Shown one piece after another: positions 11,263 to 22,483 of a stretch of DNA of 64,000 nucleotides. The notes beneath the pieces were generated by a model that was given only the letters and a program-made list of their open reading frames with translations, was not told where the DNA came from and searched no databases. This DNA is from Octopus bimaculoides (Eukaryota), in NCBI RefSeq assembly GCF_001194135.2, contig NC_068981.1:2680952-2744951 (forward strand). Direction: 5' to 3'. Position numbers and translations under genes: made by a program. Numbering within the stretch: the stretch's first letter is position 1; each line of letters starts with the position of its first letter.

Positions 11263-13039
11263 ATTGATTGCAATACAATACACATACTGCACTATTTGTT
11301 TCCACATTACAATTTATCACTTCAACATATACTAGCAGAAAACTGCACGGAGAATGGTATTTCTGCTAGTTTTTTTTTACTAAAACAATTATGTAACTTT
11401 ATTATGATCTAATTGAGAATAGTTAGGACGGCTCTATGTTTGGTAACAAAATTTGTTCAGTCATACATGTTAATTGTATATTCATATGTAGTTTAAAAAA
11501 ATTACAGGAACACTATCAACAGAAGTTTCAGTAATAGATAACTATCAATATAAACTTAAGTGACTTTTTCACCTATAATTCCTTGCTTTGATGACTTTTA
11601 TTTGTAAATACAGTACATCAGTGTCTTACGGCCACCTCTTCAAGATTCAAATAAATATGTCATTGTAGTCAACATTCGAATGAATGCATTCAGTCAATGA
11701 ATCAGCTAGTTTCAAATTTACTGTAATTTTCTTCTTCACTTGAGAAATACTGTTTCCTTTATGCTTGTCATATTTTAATAATGAATAATTCACTGAATTG
11801 TATGCAATTATACCTAACAATGACTTTGGTGACAAAAGGATATACTTTTAATAAGTTTTTTACTACTTGTCAACTCAAATTTATTTATGGTTTTCTACAA
11901 TACCTGTCCATCTACCAACTCACCTGTAAACCATACTTAGTTGATGAATTTAGTTTAATATGTATTTTCTCATACTGGTGTGGGTTGACTAAATCTGCAA
12001 CAGCACAATACTTTTGCACACGTTTGTGTGTAAGCATGTATGTGTGTTCTATGCACTTATATGTGTGTATACCAATGTAGTTATCTCTCCTATTTCATTA
12101 TTTCTATATGAAATCCAATAAAACACCATGTTTTATTGGATTGACATTTCACATGTATCCCATCATATTTACCTCGTTCTTTGTGCTTGCTCTTAATTTC
12201 CTTCATTTACTGTTCATGATAAAACACTCAGTGTTTTATCTGTGAAGTGGTTGGTGATGAAAAGGGTAAGTAGCTATAAAATATCAATACTTCAAAATAG
12301 TAATAAATGAAGATGTAGACCCCACAAGCTACGGTGCAGGTACTCCATCTAGAAGAGCACTCACCAGTTTTCCCATACACTCTCTTCAAGATGAAAACAG
12401 TCTGTGGTCCCTGAATTCTCTTCCCACCTGATTTACTGTCAAGGTTGTCTCCCTTAACCTTCACCTCTTCATTGGCAATAATGGTTCTCAGTTGTCCTTC
12501 TCCTTGTCTAACTGCCTTCTAAGACTGTTAAACTGAAACTGTTCATTCAGTCTCTAGAGATATTCTTTATCAAAAGCTAAAGGTGCCTCATTCCTTAAGT
12601 TTTACAGCACGTTGAACACTAACCCATAATTTCTAACTCCTCACACTACCATTAAGAAGTTATTGACTTAATATTGGCATCCTCTGTCCTTGCACTTAGA
12701 AGGTAAAGGGAATTACTAAATCCTGCACGATATTTTATCTAGTGCTCTATCAATTCTGCTACTCACTGCTCTGTAGGACCTGAAATATTGATAAATATCT
12801 AAATGTTTGTGTTCTTAACAAAACTATAATTTTCCAAATTATTAGCTTCATGTCTAAAGTGTGTATTGATATTTACCTATACTACATTTTGATTGGTTTG
12901 ATATCTGATTGTTATCAGGCATCCTATTTCTGTTTATTTTCTGGTCACCAACTGGATTCAAATACACTTTTTTCCAAAAAAATTAATGTCTCAAAAAATA
13001 ACCAAGTTGGGCCTATATTACATGCTTTATTGCACATAA

Positions 13040-13475
13040 AACTTTTTCTGTGCGAATGGATAATGATATGCTTGCACTTAATGACTCGGAGAAGAAAAAT
13101 GCGTGGAAGTGTCACTATGAAAAGTTACTAAATGTTGGAAATGAATGGGAGAAGAAGAGTCTACCAGATATTGAACCAATTGAGGGACCAGCCATCAAAG
13201 TTCATAGCAGCATATACAGATAAGGCAGTTAAGGACATGAAAACAGGGAAAGCCCCTGGGCCATCAGGAATCACTGCCAAGATTAAAATTTCCACTGGTG
13301 TAGGAAAAAGCTTAGTCACCTGTATAGTTAATCAGGTTATTCAGGAAGGTGCCATTCCCAGTGACTGGTATAGTAGTATTATACTTAGCTGCTACATGGG
13401 TAAAGGTGATGTCTTAGATAGAAACAACCACAGAGGTATCAGACTGCTGGACCAGGTTTATGAAAGTTACTGAGA
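13040..13475 (+). mobile_element. RTE LINE RT N-terminal fragment
   Basis: ORF 13132..13473 contains KAVKDMKTGKAPGPSGI...IPSDW...GKGDVLDRNNHRGIRLLDQV. Confidence 0.85.
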
Positions 13476-14039
13476 GTTGCTGCCAAGCATTTTGCCTGGC
13501 ATACTAACAGTTCTGTCAACTCACTGCTTGGAACTACAATATTCAAACTGGTAGTTTAATATTTAAGAGGAGTTATTGACAGTCATGACAAAATATTGTA
13601 ATATATTTCCTGCTTTACTTTCATGATTTACCCTGTTAAAAGTAAAACACTTTCTCAGAATGTTATGCATAGATTTACGTGTTGCTTATAAATATATCTA
13701 AGATTTCAGCTCAATTCATGTTTTTTTTTATTGGACTGACCTTGAGAAAGGGGTTGTGCTCATAGCCTTCACAGGTCTTCAGATGTCAATGCAGTTGACA
13801 TTTCTCCAACAACTGCAAATCACACATGCTATATTTCCATTTTGTCTTTTCTACTGCTTCCACAATGGCCTCTACTCCTCAGCCCTGGCTGATCTCATGC
13901 AACCTCCACTCAAGTCTTATTATGTGCTGTTATTATTTATTGCTCTTACTCATCTGTCAGAAACAAATTTTATTTTGTTAACCTTCCTGTGGAGTCACAT
14001 GAAGGTTAAAAATCTCTACCTACAACATGTCTACATATA

Positions 14040-14860
14040 GAACAGCCATTTAACTGAAGGGATTAGTGTCCTGTCTGTTTCTCTGCTAACTAGATGTTTG
14101 GTATTTGCTAATTTAACTTCAAGACTCTTTGATTCCACATTTTACTTTCACACCTGGAATTTCATTTCTAATTCTAATATTAGAATAAGGTCATCAGCAT
14201 AGAAGAGTTCTCGAGGGCAGCCAGTCTTAGAGTTTTCCTGGAGGACCATGATAAATTAGAGGGGACTGATAACTGAACCCTGATGTACTCCTACTTGTGT
14301 ACTAAATTCATTACTGTATACCTTATTAACTCTCACTTTGCTGACAGCATTCCTGTACATGGCTTGAACGGCTTTCACTAGCCATTCCTTTACTCCTAGA
14401 TTCCATATCAATCATCAGATGATGGAGAAAGGCACCCTTTCAAAGGTTTTTTTTCCAGGTTAACAAATGCTTTTTGCTAAATACTTGTCCTGTAATTGGC
14501 AAACTATAAAGAGAGCATCGGTAGTGCTTTTCCTGATGCAAAACCAAACTGCATCTCATCTAGGTTAATTCTCTCCTTAATTAATTGGGCTATGGACTCT
14601 TTCAGTGACTTTCATAATTTGGTCCAGTAATTTGATACCTCTGTAATTATTTCTAAGGCACCTCCTTTACCTTTGTAACTGTTGACTATGATGCTGCTAT
14701 ACCAGTCATTGAATATGATACCTTCCTGTCCAACCTGATTAAATTTACTGGTGACAAGGCCATATCCAACTTTGTCAAATATTTTAAGCATTTCAGAGGT
14801 CATTTCTTATGAACCTGGGGCTTTCCCAATCTTCATATTCTTAATTGCTTTATATAAATA
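14040..14860 (-). mobile_element. Degraded RTE LINE RT fragment
   Basis: Minus strand shows KAPG, NLDEMQFGF, GVHQGSVISPL and LFYADDLIL motifs with frameshifts. Confidence 0.85.
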
Positions 14861-15777
14861 CACACATACTTTCCAAGCCAGCCTCTCTGATGAGCACTGT
14901 TCTTAAGTTGTTACTTAATTTCTATGTGAAACCGGTTGGTAAAATTGGTTGAAATGGATCTATAATACTGTATAATATAAAGAGTTATCCACTCTATTGA
15001 CAAATATACTAGTGCTGTTTTTCCTGGCTTATGGATTCTTAGATCACACACACATATACACACTTACCTACACAGATGCACGCACATGGCAGTCTCACAT
15101 ATGTGAATTGAGAAATTTCAATTATCTGAAGGGTTACTTGCAATTAGAAAATAAAGTCTTCCTCTAGTGTTTATTAAAATCTAAAAACAATTAGGAGACA
15201 TGCATTCAATGATTTACTCCAAATGTTTTGAAATAAAGATATTTGGAGTGGATCTTTTCTTTAAAGCCAACTGGTGAAAAGTATTAAACATGTTTCTATC
15301 TTATTAGATCTCCACAGTAAAATATATTCAGTTCGGCTGGCTAGGCTTGTCCTCTTATATTTCTATTCACTTGAAGTATAAGCTGCTGTTCATTTTTTAT
15401 CAGTATTTTTATTGATTTATTGGTATAATTATTTCTAAAGTGTCTTAAAGTGTAATATTTTCCATTTACCCACTTTAGTTACATTAGAATACTTGGACCA
15501 AGGTTTGAAAATAGGTGACAGGTCATAAAATACTTAAGTAATTCTATCTCTCTCTTAATATACGCCATTACCAGATCCATTTCAGTAAATGACCATTTTT
15601 TTATTATATAATAGAGGCACAATAAAAATTTTTTTAAGAGGTAAATGAGAAGTAGCTTTATAAATTGAAATACTGACATTTATTATTGGTTAAAAGTTAT
15701 ACTGCCAACCATTAAGCAAAAAATAATATCATTATTCCTCTAAGTCATTCTTCTTTTTTTTTTATTCCTTTTATAAG

Positions 15778-16038
15778 GTGGAGAGTCCTGATCCTCATTG
15801 TATTTCTTCTGCCACCAACAACAGTGAAGTGGAACTTTTACTTCAAGAAAGCAATGAGGCTATATCTAAGGGAAATTTTAATCATGCAGTTGGACTTTAT
15901 ACTGAAGCAATTGCCATGGATTCTCAAAATCCCCTTCTTTTTGTATATAGATCTGCAATATTTGCTAATCTACATAAACATGCTGAAAGCTTGGCTGATG
16001 CTCAAAAAGCCAGATTTCTCAATCCCCATTTGGCATTG
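15778..16038 (+). CDS. TTC28: Internal coding exon (261 bp, phase 0/0) encoding TPR repeats; TTC28-like
   Basis: Acceptor ttcttttttttttattccttttataag|GTG, donor TTG|gtaagt. LQESNEAISKGNFNHAVGLYTEAIAMDSQNPLLFVYRSAIFANLHKHAESLADAQKARFLNP aligns by eye to TTC28 N-terminal TPRs (QSNQACHDGDFHTAIVLYNEALAVDPQNCILYSNRSAAY...ALDDAIKARLLNP). Exon call is strong; orthology is less sure. Confidence 0.8.
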
Positions 16039-16977
16039 GTAAGTAGATGTCATATTTTGAAAATATTTTGTTGACTGTTGTAGAACTTTTAAATGATAGT
16101 TTTGTTGTTAATAATAATAATGACATTTTTAAACATGTACACTGAAAATTTGAATTTATCTGTGCAATAATTATTGTAATGTTGCAATTATGATTTATAA
16201 CTCTACACATAAAACAGGTCAATTAATATCGTTAGTTTTACACATTCTAATTTATAATGTTTAAAAACGTTAAAATATTTTTAAAAAATATGAAATTACC
16301 TTTCATCAGTATTATTGGTTTTATTCTCAATTTTAATACTATTGAAATAATACAGTTTGTAAAATTGGGATTAATTTGAATGGTAATCATTAGATCTGTA
16401 ATATATCTAACTGTAACAAATTGTTTTCTTTCATCCAACCAAGTTATCTATCATTGTCTGCAATTTGTTGATCTCATGTCGTCTATTTTAATCAATAATC
16501 AGTGTCTCTAATAACTATTATTTTTCCTTTTCTTCTGGTGGAGGAGGGGGTTCATTCATATTCAATATCATGTCTTAATATCATGTTACATTTTATAGGA
16601 AAATCTAATATATCTTTATGAAATGGTTGTCATCAATCTGCAACCTTTTTTCAACTACTTCGAATTCCTATTATTAGAGTAACAATAACTTGACCCCCAA
16701 CACAGAATAGGTCATCTAGCTCATATAATCTACCGTTTTGATATGAAGCATAACAGCAATCCATATATAGTTTTTAGGCCTAGGCTACTCAACATTGCCA
16801 GTTGCATGGTTGTAATTATAAGCTCTTCAAGAATTGATTTACTGTCATTCTATTTGAGATACTTCTATATTTCCTGTTGGTTACACTTCCTATTACTTTC
16901 TTATAAAATAAATAACTACTTTAATCCCTTATCACTCAACAACTTGGAGTTGGCTGTCTTTGTGTCCAAACACTGTA

Positions 16978-17150
16978 TCATCATCATCATCATCGTCATT
17001 TTAACAGCCACTTTTCCATGCTTGCATGGGTCAGATGGAGTCTATTGAGGTGTAACCCTCACCTGTTTCCAAGTAGTGATATTTCCCCTTGGCCAGACAT
17101 ATTTTTCTCAGAAGACTGGAAATGAATGACATTGCCTCTAGCACGATAGT
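16978..17150 (-). mobile_element. Old (ATC)n-tailed retroposon fragment (RTE-tail related)
   Basis: catcatc...ttccatgcttgcatgggtcagatgg; shares atatttccccttggcc with 48410-48620. Confidence 0.6.
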
Positions 17151-17816
17151 GCTGGTTTACAACCATTACATGATCTCAAAACAAGCATGCACATGCGCAC
17201 ACAGAGGTTTCTTTCTGTTACTTGTTATCATTTTACAGATTATTTTGCTGTCTTTCTTTAAAAACTTCAATTTTATTATTTTTAAATCATAAAAAAAAAA
17301 AGACAATGAAGCGATATATTTTAAATTGGATATTTTAATTGAATATATTCTGATAGATAGAAAGTATAATTAACTTGACTCTTTATGTCTAATCCTAAAC
17401 AGAATCTCTATCACTGTTGATCCAAAGTTTACATAAAGTAAACATTTATAAGCCTCAAATAATTCCTAAATTGGAGAGATAGATTAATGTAAAATTAGAA
17501 AGGCTATTAAACTGACTGACAGAAACAAGAACGGTTATTACGCTGATGCAACATTCACAATCCCTCATGCCTCTTGCACTCATCGTATGCCAATGCTGCC
17601 AGGGCAGAAGCCAAATCCTTGTCTATTCTAAAATCTTTACACCATTTTGTTTCGTCCTCTGCTCACATTCTTGACTGACACACAGACACCCAAACACCCT
17701 TAATCTCTTTTTCACATCAGAACCTCACCTCTATGAAACCACAGCTTGCCTCTATATATTTGGTCATCTGAGCACTGCATCATTGCAACTTCCCAACACA
17801 CGATCACAGTCTACAC

Positions 17817-18152
17817 CAGTGGTTCTCAACCGGAGTCCATATGAAATTTTTGAGGGTCCACACAAACAAAATAGTAAACTGGGGATCCACAACAGTAATT
17901 TAAGGGCCCCTAAAAAAAATTTTACTTTAGATGTATGTATTGGGAAATATATTACAAGAAACAGCTGGGTTTCTTTCTCTAACATTCTACATAGTTCAAC
18001 CTACACAAGTTAAGGTGTGGAAAACAAAATAGGAATTTGAAAGAAATTTCTATAAAACTAGATTTTAAACATCAAATAACTGTGGGGATCCATCAGAATA
18101 AAATAATAATTAAAAGAGGTCCATAAATAAAAAAAATGGTTGAGAACCCCTG
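17817..18152. mobile_element. hAT (Charlie-like) MITE
   Basis: TIRs cagtggttctcaacc / ggttgagaacccctg; 8-bp TSD gtctacac / gtttacac (7/8). Confidence 0.88.
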
Positions 18153-18399
18153 GTTTACACAGACCCCGTTACACCACAGGTCAACCAACTGATCAGAACT
18201 CTCTCAGTTCTATTGCAATTACTCTTGGCAGCATGTCTGCTTCTCTCTTAACCCATCAGAAACAGTTAGACAGATGAGTGAATACATTCTTTTAGCTATG
18301 TCCCTTCCACATCCTACATACAACAAAAACTCAGTATCCCAAGTGCCCCAAGTAGTTCCCTCATAACTGTACTGCAGCTATCCAGTCAAAACACAACAT

Positions 18400-18830
18400 T
18401 CACAGTGCCTAGAGAAAGTCACCAGTTTCCTCAAACTGGGTGGCATTCCACCCAGAAGTGCAACTCGTGTAAGACTGCTATCCAGTCTGCAAAGGGTATC
18501 TTCATATATTGCATGGCTCTCAAACTTTCCCACCTCCCAAACTTCAGTTGAGCCTTTTGATCTCCAGCAAAAGAATTTCCGCTAACTTCGTAGAGGTTCT
18601 CCTCTACTTCTCAACAAATAATAATGGCTCAAAATCTGTTCTTTCAGCCCCACCAGGTTCCCCACCTCATGTATGCACATGCTAAGTGCATGTCTGTATG
18701 TATGTATGTATGTGTGTATGTATGTATGCATGTATATATGCATGTATGAATGTAAAGGAGCCAGGTTGAAATCACCAAGATCAGTAGCCTTGACAATGTC
18801 CTTTCTATTAAACACAAACATTGAGCCCTA
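18400..18830 (-). mobile_element. Possible LINE endonuclease (APE) remnant
   Basis: LGDFN motif on minus strand (ORF 18582..18821), interrupted by a (TATG)n run; otherwise degenerate. Confidence 0.3.
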
Positions 18831-19067
18831 GAATTTGCCCCTCTACTCACTAAATTCTATAATTTCTCACTCTCTATAGAGCTATAACCTGACATTTGGG
18901 AGTATGCTTTGTGTGACCTATTCCCAAGAAAGGCCACCTCACTACTCTGCCAACTATCATTGTATTGCTCTCACTTTTAACATCTTTAAAGTAGTGGAGA
19001 TAGCCATTAACAATATTCTCTAACACTGTTAATCTCTTACTCCTTAATGACTGCTCGTATGGCTTCT

Positions 19068-19295
19068 TATTTCTTCATTGCCCACAGCGGGCTAAACATA
19101 GAGGGGACAAACAAGGACAGACAAAGGGATTAAGTCGATTACATCGACCCCAGTGCGTAACTGGTACTTAATTTATCGACCCCGAAAGGATGAAAGGCAA
19201 AGTCGACCTCAGCGGAATTTGAACTCAGAACATAGCGGCAGACGAAATACCGCTAAGCATTTCGCCCAGCGTGCTAACGTTTCTGCCAGCTCACC
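19068..19295 (-). mobile_element. Young SINE family A copy with 15-bp TSD
   Basis: TSD gctcgtatggcttct at 19053-19067 and 19296-19310; CpG-rich; intact A and B boxes. Confidence 0.95.
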
Positions 19296-19344
19296 GCTCG
19301 TATGGCTTCTGTTGAACCAAATCCACTGAGACCCATTCTCATAT

Positions 19345-20584
19345 ATCACTCTCCAGTAAGCTTTTGCTTTAGAGAATCACTTTGCACATCAATACACTTG
19401 TTCCAGTGTTCCTGCCACTTTTGGAATCTAGCCTAGAAGTCGTTTTATGCGAGTGAGTCGAGGGCCTTCAGCGATTCACTCTTGATCTCAACAATGGTGT
19501 TAAAACGGTGATCTTTGAGCTGCATTTCCATTTTGAGGAAGCGATGGAAGTCTGCAGGTGCTAAATCTGGTGGAAGCAATACCATGTTGTTTTTGGCAAG
19601 AAACTCTCATGTGAGGAGAGCTCGGTGATAGTGCATTGTCGTCATTGAAGAATCCAACTCTTCATGCTCCACAGATTCAGTCACTTTCACCAAATATCCT
19701 TCCTCAAACACTTCAAAACCTCACAGTAGAACTCTGGATTGACAGTCTGACCCTGGGGGATGAATTCTCGATGCACAATACCATGGTTGCTGAAAAAATC
19801 AACAAACATACTCTTGATTGAGCTGTGGTTCTGCTGTGCCTTCTTTGGTCATGAAGGGCTCTTCCATTGTGACAACTGCTGCTGTATCTCAGAGTCCTGC
19901 CTGCAGACTCAACTCTCGCCACCAGTAATGGGCCCCAACATGAAGGACAGGTCAGCAGCAGCAGCAGCACGCTAACAGAGATCTTGACACACTTTGATGT
20001 GATGTTCTTTCTGCTCAGTGATCAGCAGGTGGAGGACAAACTTGGCACACACACACCACATGTTCAATTCAGATGTTAGGATTGCCTGCACAGACTCCTT
20101 CGACAGACCAACAACATCAACAATGTTGTTGATTGTCATTTGATGATCCTCATGCACAATGAATTTTCTCCACATTTCCAGGGGTGACGCTTGTTGCAGG
20201 TATTCCAGATTGCTCATCTTCTAGGGATGTTCTTATGCTTTGAAGCCCCCATGCCACTTGAAACATTGCATATGACCCATTGCCTCGTCACCATAAGTTT
20301 TCCAAAGCATGCTCAATATCTCTGTAGCAGACTTCCCAAGTATCATGCAAAATTTCACTTTGGCTCTTTCTTCCAACTTCCTGTCCATGACAAAATCACA
20401 GACTACAGCATACACATGATCACAAAAACACAAATTTCACAACTTGCAAAGTGAACATAGCAATGACACTCTGCACACTCCCTCATGAAGCTCACTGCTA
20501 GCTCTCACTACACATGCAACCACATGCTGCCATATGTTGGCATGCTACAGAACTGGTCTGGGAACTTTTTGATGCTACCTTGTA
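19345..20584 (-). mobile_element. Near full-length decayed mariner (Tc1/mariner) transposon
   Basis: Minus-strand frames give KFCMILGKSATE (HTH), CAKFVLHLLITEQKE, ITGGES, SQWKSP, GIVHREFIPQGQTVN...FYCEVL, DLAPADF; TIR-like end at 20555-20584; many stops and frameshifts. Confidence 0.85.
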
Positions 20585-20779
20585 TGAGTTCCACCAATTT
20601 CTCATTTTGGGGGATCAGTAGCTTCCTATCTGATGGCACTGTCATGGTATCTTTTGACAGAATTCTTTCATTCCACTCTCAGTCTGGTTTGCCCTAAGTT
20701 TGGTTTTATTCTCTACTCTCTTCTTCTTGTAAATCTATGACCTCTTTGCCATTATGTCCAACAATGTCCAGTCTTATCC

Positions 20780-21150
20780 AAATGATATGACTCTTGGTGA
20801 AGGCACAGCTTAACATAGCTGGGACAACATCTTAAAGACTGGCCTCCAACAATTGTTGATATTCTACAAAGCTCAAGTAAGGTCCACAGAGAAGTAATGT
20901 TCCCACATCTGGAACAGTGCTGCTGCTATTCAAACAAACATCCTGGACTGCATCTGCAGAAGAGCCAGTCTACTAATTGGCCCTTCCCTGGATCACTCAC
21001 TAAAATGTTCTGGTCTCTAGCCAAGTATGCTGTCTTCTCTCACCGACTCTTCTATCATTACTATAATGACTTCTGTTCCTTAGAGCTGGCTCGGCTTGTA
21101 TCTTCTTTGATCAGGCACTCTCAATTACAGATCTCTCCCTCTCCCTTGTA
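20780..21150 (+). mobile_element. CR1/Jockey-group LINE C-terminal fragment
   Basis: FYKAQVRS...CSHIWNSAA...ILDCI..RA and FYHYYNDFCSLELARL motifs. Confidence 0.7.
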
Positions 21151-21330
21151 ATATCCATCCCTCCAACCCAACATTAAGCATTATGTTTAGTCCTTCTTTC
21201 TTAGAATCTCCTCCCTAATCATGTCTTTCCTTTAAGTATTTACTAGCAACAATTTAGACAGAATATTAGCAGCATCAAACTCACTGGTCTCAGAGGGCCT
21301 GCAAATGTCATGGCATTGTTTTTTCCTTCC

Positions 21331-22483
21331 AGACCCAGCAAGTAATATCGTCGAGCGAGTTCGTTGCCAGTGCCCCTAGACTGGCTCTTGTGTGGGTGAC
21401 ACATAAAATACACCATTTTGAGCGTGGTCGTTGCCAGTACCACCTGACTGGTCTTCGTAGGATTTTTCGAGCGAGATCGTTGCCAGTGCCCCTGGACTGG
21501 CTCTTGTGCAGGTGGCACATAAAATGCACCATCTTGAGCATGGCCGTTGCCAGTACCGCCTGACTGTCCTTCATGCCAATGGCATGTATAAGCACCCACT
21601 ACACTCTCTGAGTGGTTGGCGTTTAGGAAGGGCATCCAGCTGTAGATACTCTGTCAAATGCTGTGCGTGAGAAAACCCAGCAAGCCAAGTGAGATCTAAA
21701 TCTAAGGCCTCAGCCAGTCCACTTAGGCGTACCTTCCTTCATTGGACACTAAACTCCACTTGCGAAGACCTGTTGAGGCAAGTGAAATCGAAATCGAGTT
21801 AAATTGGACATGAAACTCAGCCTGCGAAGACTTATTGGGGCAAGTGAAAGCGAATTTGTGATGGCACCTGTGCCCAGCATCGCCTTTCTGGCACTTGTGC
21901 CCGCGGCATGTCTAAGGACTTTCGAGCGAGATCGTTGCCAGTNNNNNNNNNNNNNNNNNNNNNNNNNNNNNNNNNNNNNNNNNNNNNNNNNNNNNNNNNN
22001 NNNNNNNNNNNNNNNNNNNNNNNNNNNNNNNNNNNNNNNNNNNNNNNNNNNNNNNNNNNNNNNNNNNNNNNNNNNNNNNNNNNNNNNNNNNNNNNNNNNN
22101 NNNNNNNNNNNNNNNNNNNNNNNNNNNNNNNNNNNNNNNNNNNNNNNNNNNNNNNNNNNNNNNNNNNNNNNNNNNNNNNNNNNNNNNNNNNNNNNNNNNN
22201 NNNNNNNNTGTGCAGGTGGCACATAAAATACACCATCTTGAGCGTAGCCGTTGCCAGTACCGCCTGACTGGCCTTCGTGCGGGTGACACGTAAAAGCACC
22301 CACTACACTCTCTGAGTGGTTGGCGTTAGGAAGGGCATCCAGCCGTAGAAACTCTGCCAAATCAGATTGGAGCTTGGTGTAGCCATCTGGTTTCACCAGT
22401 CCTCAGTCAAATCGTCCAACCCATGCTAGCATGGAAAACGGACGTTAAACGACGACGACGATGATGATGATGATGATGATGAT
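21331..22483 (+). mobile_element. Head-to-tail pair of RTE 3' ends (21331-21659 tail-truncated; 21660-22483 with ORF end, tandem UTR and (GAC)(GAT)n tail)
   Basis: Repeating gttgccagt...actggc / gtgg(c/t)gacac units; second copy begins gctgtgcgtgagaaaacccagcaagccaagtga; contains the N gap. Confidence 0.8.
21943..22208. other. Assembly gap (266 N) inside RTE tandem UTR
   Basis: N run. Confidence 1.

Noticed and set aside
15778-16074. Stand-alone 98-aa gene with GTG start
   Set aside because: GTG follows a strong splice acceptor, and the frame after 16038 is intronic read-through past gtaagt.
21331-21600. CRISPR-like array of palindromic repeats (also 43398-43615, 57560-57790)
   Set aside because: The intervening sequences are also repeated, the units sit in RTE 3' UTRs, the context is eukaryotic and there are no cas genes.
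21749-22396. ORFs spanning N runs (also 34138-34644)
   Set aside because: Open only because of assembly gaps.
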